Position numbers and translations under genes: made by a program. Below the pieces are notes generated by a model. The model did not search any database. It saw nothing but the letters and a program-made list of their open reading frames with translations, and was not told the DNA's origin. A stretch of 64,000 nucleotides of DNA from Entomortierella parvispora E1425. Its lineage: Eukaryota; Fungi; Mortierellomycota. Each line of letters opens with the position of its first letter. Position 1 is the first letter of the stretch. Below are positions 44,645 to 55,369 of this stretch, in pieces. The stretch covers positions 806,001 to 870,000 of the forward strand of contig BQFW01000010.1 in NCBI GenBank assembly GCA_020891255.1, read 5' to 3'.

Positions 44645-47600
44645 ATGTTCCTGTACAACTTGACCCTGCAGGCGCCGAATGCCATCAACCAGGCCATTCT
44701 GGGAAACTTCTCGGGTGCAAAGCCTCAAGAGTTGATCGTCTCCCATGTCTCAAGGATCGAGCTGCTTCGACCTGACACAACCACAGGCAAAGTCCATTCC
44801 GTGCTATCGCATGAGGTCTTTGGCGTCATTCGATCCCTTGCCTCGTTTCGACTTACTGGAGCTTCCAAAGGTACTGTGTTCGCCTGATTACATGCCAGCT
44901 TTGTGAATGTAAGAAATCAAATGGCTGATCAGCATCCCTTTCTTTTAAACCGCAATGGCTGCTTCTGCATAGACTTCATCGTCATTGGGTCGGACTCTGG
45001 CCGAATTGTTATTCTGGAATACAACCCTGTGAAGAATGTGTTTGAAAAAGTTCACCAAGAAACATTTGGAAAATCAGGATGCCGCAGAATTGTTCCTGGG
45101 CAGTACCTGGCAACGGATCCCAAAGGACGTGCAGTGATGATCGGTACGTGCTGCGCTTCGGAAATTCAACGATAGAGGTCAAATATTGCATGCAGGAGAC
45201 TGAACTGGAAATGTAAATATCTCCCTAGGTTCCTTGGAAAAGCAAAAGCTTGTCTACATCTTGAACAGAGATATGGCGGCTAGATTGACCATTGGATCAC
45301 CACTGGAGGCTCATAAGAGCCACACAATTGTCCACTACTGTACAGGAGTCGATGTCGGTTTTGAGAACCCAATCTTTGCTTGTCTGGAGGTTGATTATAC
45401 CGAGGCTGATCAGGACCCGACTGGAGAGGCACTCAAGGAAACTGAGAAGATGCTGACCTACTACGAGCTTGACCTTGGTCTGAATCATGTTGTTCGGAAA
45501 TGGAGCGAGGCTGTGGATCCAAAGTCGAATATGCTGCTTGCAGGTACGTGATCCCTCAGGATTGTATTTGCTCTATCCAATCAATATCCAGAGGACTGAA
45601 CCTATATTCTCTTTCTTTTTCTTTCTGAGAATAGTGCCTGGCGGGACGGACGGCCCTTCAGGAGTGTTGGTATGCTCTGAAAACTACATCACTTACAAGC
45701 ACATCGGACACGCTACATTGACAGTGCCTATACCCCGCCGGGAGAACCCACTGGAGGATAAAAGTCGAGGATTGCTGATTGTTTCGGGGGTGGTTCATAA
45801 GATGAAGGTATGATGCGACTAATCAATGATACGTTGGGATGATATGGTTAGTATGTCAAATGGTAACACTCCATTCTCCCTATCATCCGTAGAACTCCTT
45901 TTTCCTTCTTCTCCAAAGCGAGGAGGGCGATTTGTATAAGGTTACAATTGACTATCAGGGCGACACCGTGAATGAGATCAAGATCAAATATTTTGATACA
46001 GTATCAGTTGCAGCAGGACTCTGTATTTTGAAGAGCGGATTTTTGTTTGTAGCAAGCGAATTTGGAAACCAGTAAGTTGACTCAGCGCAACAGCATGGCC
46101 AAGGCTGCGATACTCCTAGGATATTTTGAACTCTAACTATGGTCCTTCACTTTAGTCACTTTTATCAATTCGAGAAATTGGGAGATGACGATGATACTCC
46201 AGAGTACTCAAGCAGTGACTTTATGAGCGATGATGGAGGACGACTGGAAACCATGGTGTATTTTAAGCCAAGACCCTTGGAGAACCTCTTGCTGGTTGAT
46301 GAACTTACTAGCATGTCGCCATTAACGGACGCAAAGGTATGGAGTCTACAGCAAACCCGGTCGATATTTTATTTAGCCAACGAGGCAGTCAACTCACAGA
46401 TATTGCTCATATTGTGCTAGGTCTTGAACCTTACTGACGAGGATACTCCTCAGATATATGCCCTGTGTGGAAGGGGGCCACGATCAACCATGAGGATATT
46501 GCGCCACGGATTGGAAGTTACAGAGATGGCAGTCTCACCTCTGCCAGCAAACCCAACTGCCGTCTGGACAACTCGACTTACTGCTGATGATCTCTATGAT
46601 CAGTATATTATTGTGTCCTTCTCTAACGCTACCCTGGTTCTGTCAATCGGAGAGACTGTGGAGGAGGTCACGGATACCGGATTTTTGGCGACAACCCCAA
46701 CAATCGCCGTTCAGCAGCTTGGACAGGATGCTTTACTTCAGATTTATCCACAGGGTATTCGCCATATTCGTGCCAACAAGCAAGTAACCGAGTGGCGCGC
46801 TCCCGGCGGCAGATCCATCGTGAGAGCTGCGACAAATCGCCAGCAAGTAGTTATCGCGCTTACTGGAGGCGAGCTCGTTTACTTTGAAGTGGATGAGAGT
46901 GGCAACCTTAGTGAATCTCATGTGCGAAGAGAGATGACGAGCAACGTGACGTGTTTGAGCATTCAGCCATTGCCTGTTGGGCGCAGACGTGTCCGCTTTT
47001 TAGCTGTTGGATGCGACGATAACACAGTCAGGATTCTGAGCTTGGACGCCACAACATGTTTGGAGCCTCTGAGCATGCAGGCCATTTCTGCTGTCCCAGA
47101 GTCTTTGGTGATGATTGACATGCCCGATCAGATCTCCGAGGGATCTCTCTCAACACTTTATCTGAACATCGGTCTTCAAAACGGAGTCTTGTTGAGAACT
47201 GTCCTTGACCAGACGACAGGCCAGCTGTCGGACACCAGGACACGATTCCTGGGTGCTAAGGCGGTCAAACTCTTCGAGTTGAACATGGCAGGAAACCCAG
47301 CTGTATTGGCACTTTCAAGCCGACCCTGGTTGAGTTATCAAATGCAATCCCGTATCCACTTGAACCCACTCTCTTACGAAACTCTGGAATTCGCCACCAG
47401 CTTTACATCAGAGCAATGCCTCGAGGGAGTTGTAGCAATTGCAGGCAACGCTCTCAAGATCTTCACTATTGAGAAGTTTGGACAAGTATTTAACGAGACT
47501 CCAATTCCTCTAACCTACACCCCGCGCCGCTTTGTGGTTAATCCCGTTCACAAGACTATCGCCATCATTGAGACCGACCACAACACGTACTCGAATCAGG

Positions 47601-48858
47601 AGAAGAAGAAGAAACTCAAGGCTCTCGGATTCGAGCAGGAGGAGGAAGAAGAGGCTTTGGACCCTGTGGTATTTGGCCACACCAGATCAAAGCCCGGGCA
47701 GTGGGCCTCTTTGATTAGAATTATCGATCCCATTCAGGCGACAACGACATTCCAGCTTGAATTGTCTCAGAACGAAGCAGCTCTCAGCGTGGCGGTTCTC
47801 AACTTTGCTGTGGAGGCTGATCAAATGTTCTTGGCCGTGGGCACGGCAGCCGACCTTCATCTCCAGCCAAAGTCTTTGTCCTCGGGTTTTATTCACATCT
47901 ACAAGTTTGTGAATGAAGGTCGGGAATTGGAACTTGTTCACAAAACTCCAGTGGACGAAGTTCCCCAGGCCTTGTTGCATTTCCAGGGACGTTTGTTGGC
48001 TGGAGTGGGCAAAGCTTTGCGCATCTACGACCTGGGTAAGCGCAAACTGTTGCGTAAGTGTGAGAGTAGGGCGATTCCAACGGGCATCGTCACTCTCCAT
48101 AACCAAGGAGGGCGAATTGTCATTGGAGATGTTCAGGAATCGATCCATTACGCGTCCTATGTGGCTTCAGAGAACAAGATTGTGGTCTTTGCAGACGACA
48201 AGGCGCCTCGCTGGATTACCTGTTCAGCCATGATCGACTATGACACCGTAGCAGCTGGAGACAAGTTTGGCAACTTTTTTGTCTCCAGGTTACCTGCGAA
48301 CCTCTCGCAGGAAATTGACGAGGACGAAGCCGGATCAAAGTCAGTTGGAAAGGGCTACTTGCATGGAGCCGCTCACAAGGTGGATCTGGTTGCACACTAT
48401 CATACTGGCGACATTCTGACCTCCTTGGCCAAGACGAGCTTTGTTGCTGGCGGCAGAGAGATGATCCTGTACACGTCTCTTATGGGTGGCGTGGGTATCT
48501 TTATCCCTTTCCAAACCAAGGAGGATATTGATTTCTTCCAGACTCTTGAGATGCACATGCGCAATGAGATGCCACCTCTTGCTGGTCGTGACCACTTGAG
48601 CTACCGTGGATACCATGTCCCAGTCAAGGTAACAGCATGGTCTGCAGACAAGTAACACCTGTCTTATCTGTTATGACTTGAAACTAATCTCACTGTTTAT
48701 TACTTTTTTTTTCCTCACAGGGTACTGTCGATGGTGACATGTGCGAGCAATACAACCTGCTCTCTGGCGACAAGAAGAGGATGATTGCCGAGGAGCTGGA
48801 CAGGACACCAGCCGAGATTCAAAAGAAGATTGAGGACATGCGTATCCGGGCCATCTAG
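44645..48858 (+). CDS. RSE1: U2 snRNP splicing factor SF3B3/Rse1; multi-exon
   Basis: [92 protein letters not shown]...VDGDMCEQY. Confidence 0.97.
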
Positions 48859-48989
48859 TTTTTTTGATATTTTCGCCATTGAGGCCTCGGGTGGCGTGTT
48901 AGACAACAATCATAAAGAAAGGTTTTCAATCACCAAAAAAAAAGAAACGTCAGTTTTTTAATGGAACTTGAACTTTACAGATGATGAGT

Positions 48990-51390
48990 CTACAAAGAAA
49001 AGACTGCAGACACAGAACGAGCACCGTCAAAGACGAAGGTGTTATCCATAGGAATATACTGATGGGTGATCAACTTGATGATCTCCTGGCTCACAACGCC
49101 GCCCATGAACGAAGCAATGTTGTGGATGGCACCATTGCCATATCGGCAACTATGTAGTTCAAAAAAAAAAAAAAAAAAAAGAACCCATCAGCATCAACTT
49201 TCAGTTGTAGCCACATCAGAATGGTTCAGGATGTCGCAGTTGTCTAAACACTTACATCTCATAAGTCAAGTCCCTGGGCACGGCATCACGTTCAAGTCCC
49301 CAGGATTGCAGCAAGCCTGCAACCAACGAATGGAGTTTTGGAACATCCTCCTCTTCCCAAACGGTTCCGTCACTGGGGCCCTCACCTGGGTACCGACCCT
49401 CCTGCTCAAAGAACGCATCTGATGCTCGCAAGATCACATAGTATGGGAAGACCGACTCCGGGTCTGCAAGCCAGGACGCTATTTTTTTTTTTTTTTAACC
49501 AAAAAGTTGTTAATGATTATTGGTTAATAATTCACTTTATCCAACTGCAGGAACTGAGATCCGTTTCCTTACCAATCTGTTTTGTCTTGGGATGCTGGTA
49601 TTCATCCTCGAGGCTGCGATAACAAATCACCTTTAAAAAGGCCGAGAACTTGCAAAAGCTCTCGATTTCCTGACTAGTGATAGACTCGGCGGCTCGTCCC
49701 AGTCTCTCTAAGATCGAGTTCACATTCTTTGTCACATCCTCAACATCTTGCTTGGCCTTGCCTTTGTAACTATAAACGTGGAATAATACATACAAATGTC
49801 AGGGCAAGAGCAAAACATGAAAATAATCCAAAGGTGAAGAACCAGCTTCACAAATATTACATGCTCTGCAGCGTCACGTAGCTGTCAGTCTGTGCCTTCA
49901 TATCTGGAATAGTTCCAGACAATGGCAAGAAGCCAGAGCTCTTTCCGCTGTCCTCCACAAAGTCCCGAACAGCTCGCAGGATGATCCAGAAGGTTGAAGA
50001 CTACAAAAGTACATCAAACCCCAAAGATGAGAGTCGAACTGCGTTAATTTCAAAAATTTGCGAAGGAGACTGCCCATATACATGTCCCAGAGATACTACA
50101 GGTAATCTTACGTCTGTGGTCAAGTTCTCGCACTTTTCGTCTTTGAAAAGTTCCTTGATGGAGCTAGGTACAACTGTAGCCTGACAAGACCGAAGTACAG
50201 AGTTGATGGCCTCGTCAAAGTTCTCGTCGTCAGGAGACCGCATGCCTGCACGGATGTTGGCTTTGAGCTGGTTTTTTTCAGCGTATGTCGAGGGAATCTT
50301 GCCTCCATGCTGCATTGGTTATTTAAAGAGACCGTACATCAGTCCTCAATAATATAGATCCGCGGTCAACTCCTGTTCCTCTTCGGACACTTACTGTTTG
50401 CTTCCATTCCTCCATATACTTTAAAAGAATGGCCACATAAGGAATGTGGCCAAACTCCATAGTATCTTCCGTGTCGAAATTGAATGAGGTTGCATATGAG
50501 GCGAGCTCAAGGAAGGGGCTATCGATACGGAGGTCTGCGACGTTATCCGGGTGACTCTCCACAACTACTCAAAAGAGAATGGAGGGGTCAACGTAAGCAA
50601 GATTCAGTAGAAACATATAGGAACAACCACAGCAAAAGGGTTACGTACTAACGTGCTCGGGAATAGCAATCCTGACCTGTCCAACAAGACCCACAGTCTT
50701 GACCCAGACAAAGGTCGTGTCTTTTGAACAGAGGTATGCCAGTTTTCTGGCAGTCGCCTGGGACACATTGGAGACAATAACGACGCTGAACTTTGATAAA
50801 TAGTTTGGTTCCTCGGCCAGAATCGAGAGGATGTCCTTGGAGGCCCAGTGTCCCTGCACATCATCGTTCAGCTCTCCCAAGAGCTCGTAAGCTCTCTCTG
50901 CTCTCGACTTTCCCAGACTCTCGGCATCCAGGAAGAAGTTGGATCCAATGTCGTCCAGCGTCACCTGTCCTGCATCAACCACAGTAAATTGACCGATGCC
51001 TATCCAGAATAAATTGTGCTTGCTTTAAATGACAAATTCTGGTAACCCTTTCAGTCTGAACTCCTCACATCTCGAGAACACCTGGCGCTTGGGCGGTGCT
51101 ATTCATGTTTTTCTACTTTACCTGGAAGGACCATGTTCTTGAGAATTTCGCAGCCAACGGCCGAGGCGTTTACCAAAAGGATATGGGCAGACTCCAAGGC
51201 TGCTTGTCCATTGTTTCCCCACAGTCTGTGATATTATTTCAAGCAGTAGCGAGAGAGACGATGGTCAATATCTTAAGTTGTTCTCGTCCGCAGTCGACAT
51301 TGTCGCGTCAAGCATGATGTCGCGTGCGTAGGTCCATTGGAGCATGTTGTACCTTAGCTGTCGGTCATATTTCTGCGTCTTGGCATCCAT
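48990..51390 (-). CDS. ULA1: NEDD8-activating enzyme E1 regulatory subunit (NAE1/APPBP1/Ula1); multi-exon
   Basis: [96 protein letters not shown]. Confidence 0.95.
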
Positions 51391-51516
51391 TGCACTGCTT
51401 GTCTGTGATTGCGTTGCTGCGGCTGTCGATGTGATGTAGGAAGGAATGAAGAGAAAAAAGAGGTAAAGGCACCCATGCAAGCAATGAGCTCAGCAGTGCC
51501 AGCACAGCCGCCGCCC

Positions 51517-51526
51517 ATCACGTGAT
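51517..51526. promoter_or_regulatory. ATCACGTGAT palindromic E-box upstream of NAE1
   Basis: 10-bp palindrome 127 nt upstream of ATG 51390. Confidence 0.6.
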
Positions 51527-51571
51527 CTGTACCGTAAGAACGAATTTGGCGAAACTCACAACGACAGCACA

Positions 51572-51631
51572 TGCGCCCGCAGATAATGTGTGCAGAACCT
51601 CTGCCTCTGCACCCCAGAGTGCGTCAAGGGC
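51572..51631 (+). pseudogene. Fragment of 8-Cys peptide family gene (copy A)
   Basis: Translates CARR*CVQNLCLCTPECVKG, matching the family C-terminal half (C..N.C.C...CVKG). Internal TAA 51584-51586 and no 5' part. Confidence 0.55.
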
Positions 51632-51935
51632 AAATCCTCTCCGGTAGAATCCTCTGGAAATCGGTACGAAATTCTCGAACGGCCATCAACGAAACACCTC
51701 TGCCTCTATTCGAACTGCATAAATTTCCCGTGTAGCAGACGGATGAAAAAGACCAAGAGGAACGACTTTCTGTACCGTTGAGGTTCCCTGTTGCATTTTG
51801 GGAGACTATTCAGAGGCAATGTGCAATGATCTGTTCAGATTTCAGAACGACTACTTTTGCTGCTGTGAAATCTTAATGGAGTTGTATCTATTCACATTTA
51901 CTGTGAGGTATTCCATGTTACTTGGTGCATGTTGT

Positions 51936-52289
51936 TTAGGGAAGGATGCCCTTGACGCAGGACGCACTGCATGCACAAAAGTTCTCTTTGCAAGATGTTC
52001 CAAAGGCGCAACGAGGACAAACAGGTCCACCAGGGCAAACGGCGCAGGCAGGGGGAGTTATGGTCGCAGCTTAATGCTCTAAGATTGTTTGCTTTCAAAC
52101 AACAAACACTGGACAGAAAGGGGAGGTGATTCGTGCAAGGGTGTGCAATTGAGGTTACGAACAGTTGATTGTTCTCGCGTCTCGTGGCGCAACGCGCATC
52201 CCACAGTTTTGGGCCTGCGCATAATAGGCAGAGTGACAGGACTACGGATGGTCCAGACCACGGCTGATTCAAGCACGAAGTTATTTCAT
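51936..52289 (-). pseudogene. 8-Cys small secreted peptide paralog (copy B), probably disabled in exon 1
   Basis: 51936-52070 reads AATITPPACAVCPGGPVCPRCAFGTSCKENFCACSASCVKGILP*, with Cys spacing identical to copy C. The putative exon 1 begins ATG AAA TAA (52289-52281), and the nearest TAG acceptor gives an in-frame TAA. Confidence 0.72.
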
Positions 52290-52830
52290 CTTTTCGTATA
52301 CAAAGACAACAGAGACAACGGACCAGAATCACCCCATATCGCGTCAGTTTCGTGACCATCCACGAATGGTCAGAGACCTCGCATTTTTTTTTTTTTTTTT
52401 TTTTTTGTCTCTATCCAGGGGTGCACGGAAAAGTTTCGACGCAACGACAAACCATACCTTACCGTGTGAAATGTGGGAATCACCCTTGGGAAAATAAACA
52501 TTCTCTCCTGCTGTCCCGTTGATTTTGCAGTGTACGTCCAACAGACAAGAAAAAGCGATCAAGGCTCACAGTTTTCAGATGGGGCATGGACAAAAAATCC
52601 TGCAAGAATCTTTGGCGCACAATCTGACAAAGCCATTTGGTTTTGCTTGCATTTGGATCACAGAGGTGCGCCCTGTGCCAAAGAACTCGATCCAGACCTC
52701 GGAGCCTCTGATCCTTCGCGTGTCCTACAACCCCATCTCATTCGTGCAAAATTGTCGAGCTGGACCAGACTTAACTTCAGAATGGTTGGACCATGGGAAC
52801 TTTGTTACTTCAGAGAGGAAGCTATGGCAG

Positions 52831-52840
52831 GTATAAAAAG
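52831..52840 (+). promoter_or_regulatory. TATA box of the copy C peptide gene
   Basis: GTATAAAA about 90 nt upstream of ATG 52926. Confidence 0.6.
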
Positions 52841-52925
52841 AGTCGAGGTGGTATCCGTTGACTGCCCACCAACCGACCCCTCCTTTCACCTCACCCTCCC
52901 GATTACAATCATCCATCGCGAAAAC

Positions 52926-53205
52926 ATGAAGTCACTCGCCCTCATCGTCTTGGCCGCCATCTTCATCGGCTTGGCTGGTGCTGCTGCAGTTGCTACGCCA
53001 GGTTAGATTATCTCCAAAATAGTGGCTTTATTTATGAGGAACTCAAGATCAGAAGACTGACCTGACTCCCACATGTGTAGAGTCCGAGGCTTGCGCTGTT
53101 TGCACCCAACTCCTTGTTTGCCCCAAATGTCCCGCAGGCTACTACTGCCAAGAGAATGATTGCTCCTGCACTGCCCGCTGCGTCAAGGGAATCCCTCCAA
53201 AGTAA
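52926..53205 (+). CDS. Small secreted 8-Cys peptide (copy C, 66 aa), 2 exons
   Basis: Exon 1 52926-53001 (MKSLALIVLAAIFIGLAGAAAVATP, signal peptide), intron 53002-53080 (GT..CTGAC..TAG), exon 2 53081-53205 (ESEACAVCTQLLVCPKCPAGYYCQENDCSCTARCVKGIPPK*). Confidence 0.88.
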
Positions 53206-53986
53206 ACTGCCAAGTCTATTCTTCAACGCAGCAATTGAGGCCTAGGCGACAGCCTGCTCATGGCCACTGGCCCAAGAAAATACATGTTTCGAAAGGATTT
53301 TTTTCTCCATCCACTGCCGTTCTGAGTATGTTAAAAGAGAGTGCGACAGAGGGCCAAGCATGGATGCTTCGGTCGATCTTTAGTAGTCCAGTCATTATTC
53401 CTCTAACGCGTGACAAATGCTAAAGTCAACCGCCACAAGCCCTCCTGCATAGTCAATGCCTTGACCAAAAGAGCGCCCTCAAAAAATGTTGTCAGATGCA
53501 AATCTCCGTGATGACTTCACAACTTCACTGCTGTCTTTTCCTCTCGTATGATGATGACAACACACCGTGGGGGAGATTCAAACGTATGTCTATACTGGCG
53601 TTTCCGTTGTTGATATTGTCAGCTTGGGAAAATTGATGAGGCAAGCGCCAATCGATTGCGTGGGAACGGCTCTGCCCGATGTTCTGATGCAGCTGGGTGG
53701 TCTGCTTATTAAAAATGCCTCTCATAAACGGAACAGCTACAATGCAGGTGGCACAAACAGAGACGTTTTGTTTCGCTTTTCCTTGGACAGACCTAGTGAA
53801 CTCACGAGTTGTGTTTTCCATGAGTCGCACCCCATTATCGACCAAATATAAACTCGCACAAAACTCCCAGCGCTTGTACCGCTACCTGCAGGAGCGTCTG
53901 TTGGATATAAAATTTCATTCGACTTTCACGGTACTAGAATAATGGCTGCCATCTGACAACATGGCGGGAGGTTCTGGTTCGACAAG

Positions 53987-54251
53987 TTATTTGGCTATTG
54001 TAATATGTTTGGGTCGTTAGATCTAGGAAAGTGTGCAAGAGATGTACCGCTTTCACATGAAATTGTGTGAGCTTACTTTTTTTTGCGCAAATTCCCTGGT
54101 AATTACGTCCGGGGGGTTTGAAGCAGTACTCGTCCGCGTTGCATTTCACTGTAGCACTGCATGTCCTCACTTCAGGGCGTTTAAGTTGCCCAGCAGAAAC
54201 TGCTGCGTAACTCAGAAGAACACAGAGAATAACAGTGAGCTTGAGTTGCAT
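53987..54251 (-). CDS. Small secreted 4-Cys peptide (60 aa), 2 exons
   Basis: MQLKLTVILCVLLSYAAVSA signal + GQLKRPEVRTCSATVKCNADEYCFKPPGRNYQGICAKK. Intron 54076-53995 (GTAAGC..CTAAC..TAG) and an 8-nt last exon give TK*. TATAAAT about 130 nt upstream. Confidence 0.8.
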
Positions 54252-54982
54252 TGTCGAAGATAACGGGAAGGGATAATTTCTTGGAGCTGAAAAAGTGATC
54301 GTCAAAGGCGAAAGAAGTGGAACCGGTTATAAGGGCGAGGTGTAAGGACAGGAAGGCTGGACGTACAAGTGGCATTATTTATAAGGAGTAGAGGTATTAC
54401 TATCAAGTGAGCTTGGCAATGTCGATGTACGCATTGTGTTTAAGCGGCGACGCTCTGTTGAGGGGGTGAAATGTTCCACTCCTTGTTTTTTTTCTTGTCA
54501 TCAGTGTTGCCTTGAGTGATTTCTTCACTTGAACGAAACGTGTGTCAGAAGGGTAAATAAAAATAAAGATGGCAGGATAGAAACAAGCAAACAGGATAGG
54601 GAGGAAAGAAAGGAAAAAGATGTCCAGGTGCCAAGATTTACAGGGGAGTCAAAGAAGGGCCAGAAAAAAATCAAGGAGACAGTAGTGGATAAAAAAAGCC
54701 AAGGACGAAACAGGGCCCCGGGCTAACGTCCGTCGAATTATGGCTGATCACCTACAGGTCAGACTCCGTGCTAAAACGCGAAAACTACAATCTTTTTCAG
54801 ATAGTCAGCAGGACAAGATACTTGGGATCATAAGGAGTAGGAGCTTTTCTGCGAGGTTTTCTCAAGCTATAGAGATCATTTGTGGTTCTCTACTGCACGA
54901 GGTGCGGAGGATCTCGTGCTAGCCCTTTGTATCATCTAGATTGTACGCCCAAGACATTCTCCTCCTCACTTTTACACTCTCC

Positions 54983-55243
54983 ATGACCATCCTCTTCATG
55001 ATTTTGGCAAACACCTCCGTCCATGGCGTTTCTGTTCCAAGTAAGCTTCCTTGACAATTGCTAAGATCATGGTCACCGCAACGTTGAAAATCCTTCGACT
55101 GAACACCCTTAGATGCATTGACCAGGTGCCAAGTTTGTGATGAGCTTCCGTTTTGTTCTCCTCCTTGCAGATATGGCAATTACTGCAACATCATTGATTA
55201 CACATGCAGCACCGTGTGCATGACAGCAACATCCCTTGAATGA
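54983..55243 (+). CDS. Small secreted Cys-rich peptide (copy D, 62 aa, 7 Cys), 2 exons
   Basis: Exon 1 54983-55040 (MTILFMILANTSVHGVSVP), intron 55041-55112 (GTAAGC..TAG, phase 1 as in copy C), exon 2 (NALTRCQVCDELPFCSPPCRYGNYCNIIDYTCSTVCMTATSLE*). AATAAA follows the stop. Confidence 0.7.
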
Positions 55244-55369
55244 TACAATAAAAGAGACCACATTCTCAAGGTCAGCGTAGTGAACGTGATACTTGAATGA
55301 AATATGTCTATTGCTGTGGTTCTTTGGGATATCTGTGGCTTGGGTGTCCTGATTATTATGTTCTCTTTC

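Noticed and set aside
30575-51390. F-box gene and NAE1 as a cullin-pathway cluster
   Set aside because: They are 18 kb apart among unrelated genes; F-box genes are abundant, so co-occurrence is uninformative.
53525-53851. Opposite-strand ORFs inside the peptide cluster with CATC/CSCS strings
   Set aside because: Cys spacing does not match the family in any single frame and there is no signal exon; likely chance.
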